Origin: Myxococcota bacterium
Lineage (GTDB): Bacteria; Myxococcota_A; UBA796; GCA-2862545
DNA length: 64,000 nucleotides
Direction of reading: 5' to 3'
Assembly (NCBI GenBank): GCA_039208735.1
Contig: JBCCQY010000010.1
Coordinates: 34,039-98,038 of the forward strand
Under the pieces are notes generated by a model. That model did no database searches and was not told the DNA's origin. It was given only the letters and a program-made list of their open reading frames with translations. Within the stretch, counting starts at the first letter, position 1. Each line of letters opens with the position of its first letter. A program made the position numbers and the translations under genes. Below are positions 38,596 through 47,824 of this stretch, one piece after another.

Positions 38596-39447
38596 CTACG
38601 CCACCGCCGCTTCCGAGGTCTGGCGCTCAAGTTCGGCATTCAACTCGGCGCCGACGAGGATCATGAGCGCGGTGAGCCACAACCAAACCAATAGGACCAC
38701 CACCCCAGCAAGACTGCCGTACATCTCGGTGTAGGTGTCGAAAGTGCTCACGTAGTTCGAAAACCCGATGCTCACCGCGACCCACAGTCCAGTGGCGAGG
38801 AACGCACCGGGCATCACCCAAGCGGTCCGCGTGCGAGGGCGAGACGGGCCAAAGCGGTAGAACACCAGAAGATAGGCCCAAAAAGCGAGAGCGAGAATGG
38901 GCCAGGTTAGCACGTCCACCACCGCGGTGAACATGGCCGGAAGCACACCAAGCGCCGTGATGGCCATGAACGCAGGAACCATCCCTACGGCGAGCAGGGC
39001 AAAGGAAACGAGGTAGCGAACGATGATGTGCCTGGTTTCTCGGGTGTCGTAGGCCACGTTGAGGCCTGCCATCAGGGCATTCGTGCCGTAGGCAGCGGAC
39101 CACAACGAAAGGGCAATCCCGCTCATCACGCCAAGCGATAGGGACTCCTCGGTTCCAGCCGAGATCCGCAACAGTTGGGACTCGAGAACCGCCCGCCCTT
39201 CCGCCGGGAGAACACTCGCCGTCGATACTACCGTCTCATGAACGAGTTCGGGATCCGCTACGAGCCCATAGATCGAGACCATCGCGGCAAGCAATGGCAC
39301 GACGGCAAGCAGGAAGTAGAACGCCACCCCGGCCGCGACCACGGTGAGGTTGTCTTCTCCGAGTTCGCGAAAAACCCTGATGATCGTACGAATCCAGCCA
39401 TCAGGGGGACCGAGCAGCGACAACCGCGGGCGAGGGGTAGGGTTCAA
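38596..39447 (-). CDS. YihY/BrkB family membrane protein
   Basis: AAGVAFYFLLA, ALMAGLNVAY, YRFGP, PGAFLA, YTEMYGSLAGVVVLLVWLWL...GAELN; TTG after GGAGGAG. Confidence 0.92.
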   Translation of the reverse strand: MNPTPRPRLSLLGPPDGWIRTIIRVFRELGEDNLTVVAAGVAFYFLLAVVPLLAAMVSIYGLVADPELVHETVVSTASVLPAEGRAVLESQLLRISAGTEESLSLGVMSGIALSLWSAAYGTNALMAGLNVAYDTRETRHIIVRYLVSFALLAVGMVPAFMAITALGVLPAMFTAVVDVLTWPILALAFWAYLLVFYRFGPSRPRTRTAWVMPGAFLATGLWVAVSIGFSNYVSTFDTYTEMYGSLAGVVVLLVWLWLTALMILVGAELNAELERQTSEAAVA

Positions 39448-39616
39448 GGCTCCTCCGCACGCGGCATAATGCTGGTCTTGGTCCTGGGCACGTGCGGGGC
39501 AACTCGTGACAAGCTTGCAAATCCTACGTCCCGGTGTCGTTTTTCCAAGCAGATCGATCGGTGTGACGGCTAGGGTTCTTTGTGGGCATGGACCAGTAAA
39601 TGCCGGGGAGACTCCA

Positions 39617-40723
39617 TTGAAACCCTTTTCGACTATCGCAGTATTGACCTTGTTGGTCGGGTGCGGGAGTGACTTTGGCGTTGCGCCAGAGGCCCCCGTT
39701 CCGTCCCCCGCAGAGGCGGATCCTCTCGAAGGGCAACTGCGCATCGACCGAATCGTCCAAGCAGCACAACCGCAGGTCGATATCCTCTGGACGATCGACA
39801 ATTCGGGCTCGATGAACTGCATCGTGGGCTGTCACGGCGGCAACGGCAACACGGACTTTGTCCGGGTCACCGACGAATTCGACACGTTCATGAACTTCCT
39901 GGACGGATCGGGCCTCGACTTTCACATCGGCGTCACCACGATGGATCCGGGCGATGAAGGTGCCCTGGTCGAGTACGACGGTGTTCGCTGGATTGATGAG
40001 AACACACCCGACCCCGTGACCACCTTTACGAACTTGGCGTTGTCGCTTGGGACTTCGGGCTCGGGCACGGAAACGGGCCTCGGTTCCACGTTCCAGGCCT
40101 ACGAGGATCAGGCGGCGGACGCGAACCGTGGCTTCTTCCGGGCCAATGCATCGACCCACACCATCGTTTTCTCGAACGAGAACGACCAGACGGACCCCAC
40201 CCTCATCACCCCGCGCGAGTTTGAGTTGTGGTTCCGCGGCCTGCGGCCCACGCTCGACGAGCGCACCTTCAACAGCATCGTGTGCTTCTCGGGCGCCGGT
40301 GGCTTCGAAGGTCCGTGCAGTGTGGCCGGTCAGATCTACCTCACCGCCACCGAGAACATCGGCGGGATCAGCTGGGATATCACCTCCGAGGACTACGGTT
40401 CGCTGCTCGAGCGCCTCGCCATTCAGGCAGTGGCCCAGCGCGCCGAGTTCTTCCTTTCCGCGCAGCCGATCATCGAATCGATCGAAGTGTTTGTGATCAT
40501 TCCGGACGGTCCCCGCGTGAAGCTCGAACGCATCACGATCGATCCCGAGACCCAGGAAGCCGAAGGTCAGTGGGACTATGTGCCGGTACGCAACAGCATC
40601 ATCTTCACGGATTACCGTCCGCCCGCGTTGTCACAGCTTGAAATCCAATACTTGATTGCGGGCGATGTGCGCCCCACCGAGACGGTCGATGGCGAAGACA
40701 AGGACAAGGACGAAGACAAGTAG
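39617..40723 (+). CDS. VWA-domain lipoprotein
   Basis: TTG after GGGGAG; lipobox LVGC; MIDAS-type VDILWTIDNSGSM; FHIGVTT, GTSGSGTETGL. Confidence 0.8.
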   Translation: MKPFSTIAVLTLLVGCGSDFGVAPEAPVPSPAEADPLEGQLRIDRIVQAAQPQVDILWTIDNSGSMNCIVGCHGGNGNTDFVRVTDEFDTFMNFLDGSGLDFHIGVTTMDPGDEGALVEYDGVRWIDENTPDPVTTFTNLALSLGTSGSGTETGLGSTFQAYEDQAADANRGFFRANASTHTIVFSNENDQTDPTLITPREFELWFRGLRPTLDERTFNSIVCFSGAGGFEGPCSVAGQIYLTATENIGGISWDITSEDYGSLLERLAIQAVAQRAEFFLSAQPIIESIEVFVIIPDGPRVKLERITIDPETQEAEGQWDYVPVRNSIIFTDYRPPALSQLEIQYLIAGDVRPTETVDGEDKDKDEDK

Positions 40724-40777
40724 GACGAAGCTTCGGAAGCTTCGGGTAAGGTGGCTCCGACCAAGCCGGAGTTGCCG

Positions 40778-41596
40778 ATGTCTCGACCGTCTCCCTCCCG
40801 TCAGCTGGTTCTGACGGGCGCTTCCCGCGGTATCGGCCGCCACATCGCAGTGGATTGGGCCTCTCGTGGTTACCGGGTCGTGCTGTTCGCCCGATCCACA
40901 GACGGCCTGCAAGCGGTGGCCGCGGAAGTCGAAGCGGCAGGAGGAGACCCCGTCATCGTGACGGGCGACATCCGAGACGCCAGCGATCGCGAGCGCCTCG
41001 CAACGGAAGCCGAAGCCTTCGGCCCTGTCGATGTGGTGGTGCAAAACGCGGGGATTGAACATCCCGTGGCGCTCGAGCATCGCACCGCAGAGGACATCGA
41101 GCGCGAGATCGGGGTGAACCTCACCGGCCCGATCTTGCTGACCCGGCGCCTGTTGCCGCGCATGGTCGAACGTGGCCAAGGCGCCATCGTCATGATCAGC
41201 TCGATGTCAGGGAAGAGTCCCACGCCGTACAACACGATCTACTCGGCGACCAAATTCGGGTTGAACGGGTTCGCAGCCAGTCTTCGGGTTGAACTCGGAG
41301 ACACCGGCGTCCACGTCGCCACCGTCTGCCCATCGTTTGTGGCGGATGCCGGTATGTGGGCGGATACCGGGGTGAAGGCGCCCGCACTCCTCCCTGAAGT
41401 GCCTATGAAGCGGGTGGTCGCGGGGGTCCGTCGCGCCGCCGAGGGCGCCCCGGAAGTCCTCGTGACCCCCACGGCGGTGCGACCGCTCCTTGCACTCGCG
41501 CAGCTCATGCCCAACCTCGACCGATTCGTGCTGCGCGCGATGGGCGTGCTCGACGTGTTGCGGTCCCGCGCTGAGGCCATCAGCAAGGAGCCGTAG
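40778..41596 (+). CDS. Short-chain dehydrogenase/reductase
   Basis: TGASRGIG, QNAGI, ISSMSG, YSATK. Confidence 0.92.
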   Translation: MSRPSPSRQLVLTGASRGIGRHIAVDWASRGYRVVLFARSTDGLQAVAAEVEAAGGDPVIVTGDIRDASDRERLATEAEAFGPVDVVVQNAGIEHPVALEHRTAEDIEREIGVNLTGPILLTRRLLPRMVERGQGAIVMISSMSGKSPTPYNTIYSATKFGLNGFAASLRVELGDTGVHVATVCPSFVADAGMWADTGVKAPALLPEVPMKRVVAGVRRAAEGAPEVLVTPTAVRPLLALAQLMPNLDRFVLRAMGVLDVLRSRAEAISKEP

Positions 41597-41630
41597 TCCT
41601 GGTCTACGATGCGGTTCTCCTGGAGGACCG

Positions 41631-41954
41631 ATGCGAACCTTCACGCTTGCCCTGCTCGTGCTGGGCACCGGCTGTGGTCAGAACGTCTGCAACCGCACCG
41701 CAGACCTTCGCCAAGACTGCGACGACCCCATCTCGGAAGTGGCTCTCGGCGCCTGCCGGACCACCATTCGCGATTGCGACAGCGAGACGATCGACGCCAT
41801 CGACAGCTACCTTGACTGCCTGACCGAGGGCGTGGCGCGGGGGGAGTGCGTCATTCCCGACCCGAAGGACCCGACAACCGATCCCAGCGCGGGATGTTTC
41901 GAACTCGTTCTCAACGAAGATCCGGCCTGCGTTGCGGCGGTCACCTCGCCCTGA
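41631..41954 (+). CDS. Small disulfide-rich lipoprotein
   Basis: ATG after GGAGGA; LGTGC lipobox plus 8 further Cys. Confidence 0.75.
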   Translation: MRTFTLALLVLGTGCGQNVCNRTADLRQDCDDPISEVALGACRTTIRDCDSETIDAIDSYLDCLTEGVARGECVIPDPKDPTTDPSAGCFELVLNEDPACVAAVTSP

Positions 41955-41976
41955 GCCGCATTCTGGGGTTACGGCG

Positions 41977-43158
41977 GTGGACCACTGGGAGACACCGTTG
42001 TCCGAAGATCGTTCGCTGGCCGCCGAACAGGAAGTTGGTCGTATCAACGCTTTCTTTCCCATCTTGCCGCGACTCGGCAACCATTGGGCTGCGACCCGCC
42101 CCTGGGAAGGCCTGACGATCGCCCTGAACCTGCACCTCACCTCGCTGACCGCGAGCCTGGTCCGCGAACTGTCGCTCGGGGGCGGGCAGTTCGTCCTCAC
42201 GGCAGCCAACCCTCGGACCACCGACTCCGCGAGCGTCGACCTACTTCGGAACCTTGGTTTCACCGTCTATACGGGCGGCGACATGGAGGATCGCTACCTC
42301 CAGACGCTCGAGCATGAGCCCCACTTCATCGTCGATACGGGCTTCGACCTCATCGAGACGCTACTCGAACGCAGCCGCACCGGCCTCGACAACGTCAAGG
42401 CGGCAGTTGAAATCACGCGCCAGGGCATCACCAAGCTTCAACTGCGTGGCAGCACGCCGTTCCCGGTGGTCAACATCAACGATGGACGCCTTCGCGACCG
42501 CGTTGAGAACCGTCACGGGGTGGGGGAGGCGATTTGGCAGGCCGTGGGGCAAACCACGGGCATGCACCTGGCCGGTCGGCGTGTGTTGGTGGTGGGCTAC
42601 GGCCCGGTGGGGCGGGGCTTGGCGCGGTACGCAGCCGCGGCGGGGATGTCGGTCGAAGTCTGCGATACCGACCCCGTGCGTCGGCTGTTCGCCCACTATG
42701 ACGGGTACCCCACCCCCACCCTCGAAGATGGGCTGAAGCGAGCGGGCCTCCTCGTCACAGCCACCGGTCGTCGCGATGCGGTGACCGTCGATCACCTTGC
42801 CTACGCGCGCGATGGCATCGTGCTGGTCAATGCGGGGCACGGGGGCGACGAGTTCGACGTGGCCGGCATTCGTCGTGCTGCGACGAATCGCGACCACATC
42901 AGCGACCAAGTGGCGCGGTACCAACTCCAGAACGGACGTCATGTGACGGTGCTTGGCGATGGCCACCCCCTCAACATCGTGCTGAATTCAGGGTCGCCCG
43001 AACCGGTTCTGCTGCACTTTGCGGTTCTGGGTCTCACGCTCGAATGGCTCACTTCGCAGCCCGATCTTCGACCCGGCGAGGTCTCGATCCCTGACGACAT
43101 CGAGAACCGCGCCGCTCGTTTCGCCCTTCAAGCCCTCGATCCTTCGATTCATGGCTGA
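41977..43158 (+). CDS. Adenosylhomocysteinase (AhcY)-like protein with a degenerate active site
   Basis: LHLT, PVVNIND..ENRHG, GRRVLVVGYGPVGRG, DTDPVR, VTATG, NAGH; several catalytic motifs altered (see findings). Confidence 0.8.
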   Translation: MDHWETPLSEDRSLAAEQEVGRINAFFPILPRLGNHWAATRPWEGLTIALNLHLTSLTASLVRELSLGGGQFVLTAANPRTTDSASVDLLRNLGFTVYTGGDMEDRYLQTLEHEPHFIVDTGFDLIETLLERSRTGLDNVKAAVEITRQGITKLQLRGSTPFPVVNINDGRLRDRVENRHGVGEAIWQAVGQTTGMHLAGRRVLVVGYGPVGRGLARYAAAAGMSVEVCDTDPVRRLFAHYDGYPTPTLEDGLKRAGLLVTATGRRDAVTVDHLAYARDGIVLVNAGHGGDEFDVAGIRRAATNRDHISDQVARYQLQNGRHVTVLGDGHPLNIVLNSGSPEPVLLHFAVLGLTLEWLTSQPDLRPGEVSIPDDIENRAARFALQALDPSIHG

Positions 43159-43846
43159 CGAAGACCACCTCGCCAAGCGACTGCTCCGCGGCCTCGAACA
43201 GCTTCGCAACGGCCGTGCCGCCGAGGCCATTGCGCCCCTCCTCGAAGTCGCCGATGACCCCGAACTCGCCAAGAGCCCGGATTTGGCCGACGTGCGGGCG
43301 CGAGCCCTGTCGTTGCTCGCCCAGGCGTACCTCGAAACCAACCAGGTCGCACAGGCCAAGCCTCGCATCGATGCGGCGTTGTCCATCGCCCCCCCGAGCG
43401 ACGACCGCAAGGTGCTTGTCGAGCTTGCAGGGCGCATCGACGCCCGGCTCGAACTCGATGAACGATCGCGGGTGCAGTCCGAGCGACTGGCTGCGATGCC
43501 CGTCGAGGAGATCGAGTCGCGAAGTCGAGATCCAAGGGCGCTCGTTGAAGTGCTTGTGCGCAAGGCCAATGCAGAGGTCGACGTGGGACGATCCGAAGCC
43601 GCGGTGCCCATCGCGGAACGCGCGGTGGTCGACGCGATGACCTTGGGCGACGTTCGACTCGAGATCCTCGCCCGGCTCTCGCTCGCTCGGGCCACTCCCG
43701 ATGTCGCATCACGCGAAATCGAGCGCGCACTACGGTCCGCCGATGCCTTCGGCGATCCCAACCTCATCACCACGGTGGTGAAGGCGGCGAAAAGTCATGG
43801 CGTGCCCCTCCCTACCGAGCGGGGCCCTTGGGAGTCGGACGCATGA
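43151..43846 (+). CDS. Helical TPR-like hypothetical protein
   Basis: ATG overlaps the ahcY-like stop; ARALSLLAQAYLETNQ..A...DAAL pattern. Confidence 0.7.
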   Translation: MADEDHLAKRLLRGLEQLRNGRAAEAIAPLLEVADDPELAKSPDLADVRARALSLLAQAYLETNQVAQAKPRIDAALSIAPPSDDRKVLVELAGRIDARLELDERSRVQSERLAAMPVEEIESRSRDPRALVEVLVRKANAEVDVGRSEAAVPIAERAVVDAMTLGDVRLEILARLSLARATPDVASREIERALRSADAFGDPNLITTVVKAAKSHGVPLPTERGPWESDA

Positions 43847-45414
43847 GAGTTGCCGCGATCGACGTGGGAACCAACTCGATTCACCTGCTCGTGGCCGACG
43901 TCGGCCCCGACGGGGTGATGCGGCTGGTCGAAAAGCAACGCAACCAAGTGGAACTGGGTCGAGGAGGCCTGGACCAGACCCGCATTGCCGACGATGCGAT
44001 GGCGCGAGGCATTCGCGCGCTGACCACGTACCGACACACCATCGAAGCCCTCGGCGCAGAAGCGATCACCGCCGCCGCAACCTCGGCCGTCCGGGAGGCT
44101 GAAAACGGACCCGACTTCGTGCGGGCGGTTCAGCAGGCCACGGGCATCCACATTCGACCGGTGTCGGGGGCCGAGGAAGCGCGCCTGCTGTACCAAGGTG
44201 TCAAGGCCGACCTCGATTTTTCCGATGGACCGGTGCTTCTCGTCGATATTGGTGGGGGTTCGCTCGAAATCGTGGCCTGCAATCAGGACGAAGTCCTGCT
44301 CGCGCGTTCGATGCCACTCGGACACATCCGGTTGTCCGAGCGCTTCTTTGAAAACGACCCACCACGCCGCGGCGAATGGTCTGCGCTCACCAAGCACGTC
44401 GAGCAAACGCTTCACGCCACCCTCGAGGACATCCGATCGGTCGCCGCCATCGCTCGGCTTGTGGGCACCAGCGGTTCCATCCGAACGCTGGGACGCATGG
44501 CCACGCGACACCGGGGCGAGCAGGAACCTCCCCACGGGCAAGGGTTGGTGATTGGCCTTGCGGAACTCAAGGCCCTGCAAAAGATCTTCGCCGCGACCAA
44601 ACGCGCTCGACTGGCCGACGTACCGGGCATGGATCCGCGTCGTCGCGCCACCCTGCCCGCCGCGGCCGTGGTCATCCGGGCGGTCCTCGAGGCCTTCGAG
44701 CCGCTGCCGCTCGTGACCTCAGACCGTTCACTGCGCGATGGGTTGCTCGCGGATTGGGTGGAACGCCACCGCCCTGAACTCGCGGCGTCTGCCCGAGGTG
44801 GATCGCCACGCCGGCGCACCGTGCTCCGAATGATGGATCGCTACACGGTCGATCGCGCCCATGTTGAACAGGTTCGGCGCCTCGCGTTGGCGATCTTCGA
44901 CGGACTGGAGCTCGATTTTGACGAACCGCTGCTGCAGGACCTCCGAGCCATGCTCGAAGACGCGGCCCTCTTGCATGACATTGGGCACCACATCAACGGC
45001 CGCGACCACCACAAACATGGCCAATACCTGATCCTTAACTCTCGGATGGTAGGGTTTACCGCCCCGGATGTCGCGGTCCTTGCCAACGTCGTTCGCTACC
45101 ATCGGGGTCGCCCAAAGTCCGATCACCCCGCATTTGCCACACTAGAGTCAAGCCAGCAGCGCAAAGTCGAACTCCTTTCAGGCATTTTGCGTGCGGCAGA
45201 TTCTCTGGACCGGTCTCATGGTCAGCTGGTTCAAGAATTGGCGGTTGAGGACGATGGAACCGACGTGACCCTAATCGCCGGGGTTCCCGAGGAGGCTCAC
45301 ATCGAGCGATGGGCAGCCGAACGAAGCACCAGCCGACTGTCGAATGTCCTGGATCGCTCAGTTACAGTCCGCGTCGCGCTGATTCGCCCTGCGCGTGACG
45401 CTCGGGTAGACTAG
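43843..45414 (+). CDS. ppx: Exopolyphosphatase / pppGpp phosphohydrolase (Ppx/GppA) with HD domain
   Basis: AAIDVGTNSIHL, ATSAVREAENG, SGAEEARL, DIGGGSLE, LRDG, AALLHDIG...HHKHG. Confidence 0.93.
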   Translation: MRVAAIDVGTNSIHLLVADVGPDGVMRLVEKQRNQVELGRGGLDQTRIADDAMARGIRALTTYRHTIEALGAEAITAAATSAVREAENGPDFVRAVQQATGIHIRPVSGAEEARLLYQGVKADLDFSDGPVLLVDIGGGSLEIVACNQDEVLLARSMPLGHIRLSERFFENDPPRRGEWSALTKHVEQTLHATLEDIRSVAAIARLVGTSGSIRTLGRMATRHRGEQEPPHGQGLVIGLAELKALQKIFAATKRARLADVPGMDPRRRATLPAAAVVIRAVLEAFEPLPLVTSDRSLRDGLLADWVERHRPELAASARGGSPRRRTVLRMMDRYTVDRAHVEQVRRLALAIFDGLELDFDEPLLQDLRAMLEDAALLHDIGHHINGRDHHKHGQYLILNSRMVGFTAPDVAVLANVVRYHRGRPKSDHPAFATLESSQQRKVELLSGILRAADSLDRSHGQLVQELAVEDDGTDVTLIAGVPEEAHIERWAAERSTSRLSNVLDRSVTVRVALIRPARDARVD

Positions 45415-45469
45415 AAGCGCTCTGGCGCACCCCAGGCCCTTGTGGGTTCAGTGAGGCATTCCGACACTG

Positions 45470-47821
45470 ATGGTCCAGACTCACGAGAACCAAGAAGAAG
45501 TCCAGCAACTCCTCGACGAAGCACGCCGCCGCTTGCGGGCCTTCGAGGATCGTGTCGACTACTCTCGTTTGCTGTTGCGGTTGCGAACCGCATCGCCTGC
45601 CCACCCGGTTCTGCTCGCCCGCTTTTTGTTTGGCGCCTTGGCCGTGGTGGCAGCCCTGTTGGGGCTTGGCGTGCTGTCGCTGCCGTTCCTCAACCAAGAA
45701 CTGGCGCGCGAACTGGCGGTCGTCGAATCGGTCATCCCCTACGTTCCTGCGGATGTGCCCGCTCTTCCCGCGGTGTGCGGTCTGCTCGCCATCTGCATGT
45801 TGATCGCGTGGGTCATGACGACGGGTGCCGCGCTGGCCATCGGACGCGAGTCCAAGATGTTGCCGTTCGAACAGAAGCAGCATCAAGCACTGGTCAACGA
45901 GATCACCCGGCTCACCGCGGTGCAACGGATTCGCAGCACTCCGGCGAGCGCCCGGCCGCGCATCGCCACCCCGGCGCCCGCCACGATGCGGAGCCTGTCG
46001 CCCGCCCCCGGGGGAGCGTACACGCCAGCCCCCAGTCGGGCGAAGCCCATTGGGGCCGATGCCGGTAGTCTCGGCTTCCGCCGCACACCGACCCCCGCTG
46101 GGGGCACCCGGCCGCCGAATCCCCAAGCGAGTGGCCATCGCGCCAATACACCGTCGCCCGTGGGCCGCGACTACCCTTACGCAGGGTTTCGCCAGGCGCC
46201 CAGCAGCTCGATGCCGCCTACACCCCCTGGTGAAGTTCGGCCGCCGGTGGTCCCGGTGTCGCCGCCCTCCCCTCGGCCCATCGCCTCGCCCCCACCGGCA
46301 CCGCTGTCCGCCACCCCGCAGATGGGCGCCCGCGACCTCCCCGCATTCGACGAGGCCGCACTCGACGACGCCCCTCCCGAAAAGTCCCTCGGCCTGATCG
46401 ACACGAGCGACACCTTACCGGTCGCCGACGAGGGCTTTGACCCCACATCGCCCGACCTTTTCGCCGAGCCACGGCCCGCGCCGTGGGAGTTGCCGCCGTC
46501 CGGTCGAGAGACCATCGGCATCGACGGCTCGCTCGCGTCCGGCGGCCAATGGGTCCCCGAAGCCCCCTCCGGACTCGAGGCCGCCTCGCTGGTCCCCCTC
46601 CTCGACCTCGAAGACGACCTCGATGGTCCGGACGACATCGATGTGGACCAGCTCGCTGAGGTCGAACTCGACGACGATGAGGACGAAGCTCCCGGCGCGG
46701 CTCGGATCACCGAACCCACGCTGCCCGGCATTGACCCCCAAACCGGCCCGGTTCCTCCGTCGGATGGCCCCGTCGTCTACGACCCTGCCGCGCTCCGGTC
46801 TTCGCCGGTGCGCGCGAGCCCCGTCCAGCCCGAGCAGGTGCGCCGCCCCGCCGCTTCGTCCGATGCCACGACCGTTCGAGGCCCCGTCGTCTCGTCCGAC
46901 CTCGTGGAGTTTCCGACCGATGAGGACGAAGAGTCTGCCGCAACGGTCCGCCAGGCGGTGATCGAAGAGGTGGAAGCGGAGGCGGGCGCGGCAGAAGAAG
47001 CGCCCATCACCATCGACACGTTGGTGGACGGGGTCGAGGCCCCGAAAAAGGCCCCGGTGGAAGACACGGCTTCGGTCGAAGAAATCCACCAGGACGGAAT
47101 CCTCGCGCGGGCGCGGGCCGGCGGTTGGGCCTCTCGGTCCACTCCCTACGGAAGTGCGGGTCGTATTCGACCAAGTTCCGCCCCTTCCATGAAGAGCCCC
47201 GCCCAAAAGCCCGCTCGCAGCACGCGTGGCGGCACCCCCCTCGGAGCCCCTCCCCAAGAAACCGGGCGCGTCTCACGGAATCCCAGTCCACCCCGCACCA
47301 AGGCCGCGCCCGACGAAAAGGCCCGCAACCTTGCCGCGCTGGCCCGCCTCGAACCGCTCGAGTCCGAGTCGGTCGACTACGACGACGATGAGGTGACGGT
47401 TCTGGGTGCCTCCGCATTCCCGACCGGGGCGCGGGAGACGGCCGAAGACCGTTGGATTGGTGAAATTGTCCGGCGGGCCGATGCGTTGGCCCGGCATCTT
47501 CCTGCCCAGGCGCAGCTCGCCTACTCGCAGGAACCCCATCTTCCGTTCACGCTCGTGATTGCACGAGCGACCCCTACCGTCGCGGTGCGGGCCATGATGA
47601 GCTTCGTTGAGTTCATCGTGAGCATTCCCACCCCGCCTCGCGCACGGATCCAGCTCGTTCAGGTCTCGCACCTCGAGCGCAGCTTCCATCGAAACGTCCA
47701 GGCGGCTCTCGAGCCCCATTTCGACCGCAACGTGGTGGTCGAGCCCCAGGCGGGCCGGGTTGAAATCCAGTTCACGGATCCGGATCCGCGATGGGGCCGT
47801 CACCCGCGTTTGCCTGCGTGA
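45470..47821 (+). CDS. Membrane protein with two N-terminal TMs, long Pro-rich/acidic disordered region and a small C-terminal domain
   Basis: 783 aa; hydrophobic pair near the N-terminus; low-complexity middle. Confidence 0.7.
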   Translation: MVQTHENQEEVQQLLDEARRRLRAFEDRVDYSRLLLRLRTASPAHPVLLARFLFGALAVVAALLGLGVLSLPFLNQELARELAVVESVIPYVPADVPALPAVCGLLAICMLIAWVMTTGAALAIGRESKMLPFEQKQHQALVNEITRLTAVQRIRSTPASARPRIATPAPATMRSLSPAPGGAYTPAPSRAKPIGADAGSLGFRRTPTPAGGTRPPNPQASGHRANTPSPVGRDYPYAGFRQAPSSSMPPTPPGEVRPPVVPVSPPSPRPIASPPPAPLSATPQMGARDLPAFDEAALDDAPPEKSLGLIDTSDTLPVADEGFDPTSPDLFAEPRPAPWELPPSGRETIGIDGSLASGGQWVPEAPSGLEAASLVPLLDLEDDLDGPDDIDVDQLAEVELDDDEDEAPGAARITEPTLPGIDPQTGPVPPSDGPVVYDPAALRSSPVRASPVQPEQVRRPAASSDATTVRGPVVSSDLVEFPTDEDEESAATVRQAVIEEVEAEAGAAEEAPITIDTLVDGVEAPKKAPVEDTASVEEIHQDGILARARAGGWASRSTPYGSAGRIRPSSAPSMKSPAQKPARSTRGGTPLGAPPQETGRVSRNPSPPRTKAAPDEKARNLAALARLEPLESESVDYDDDEVTVLGASAFPTGARETAEDRWIGEIVRRADALARHLPAQAQLAYSQEPHLPFTLVIARATPTVAVRAMMSFVEFIVSIPTPPRARIQLVQVSHLERSFHRNVQAALEPHFDRNVVVEPQAGRVEIQFTDPDPRWGRHPRLPA

Positions 47822-47824
47822 TTC

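Noticed and set aside
40726..40744. CGAAGCTT-CGG-AAGCTTCG hairpin after the VWA gene
   Set aside because: No U-tract and only a 3-nt loop, so it cannot be called a terminator. It occurs once, so it is not a REP family.
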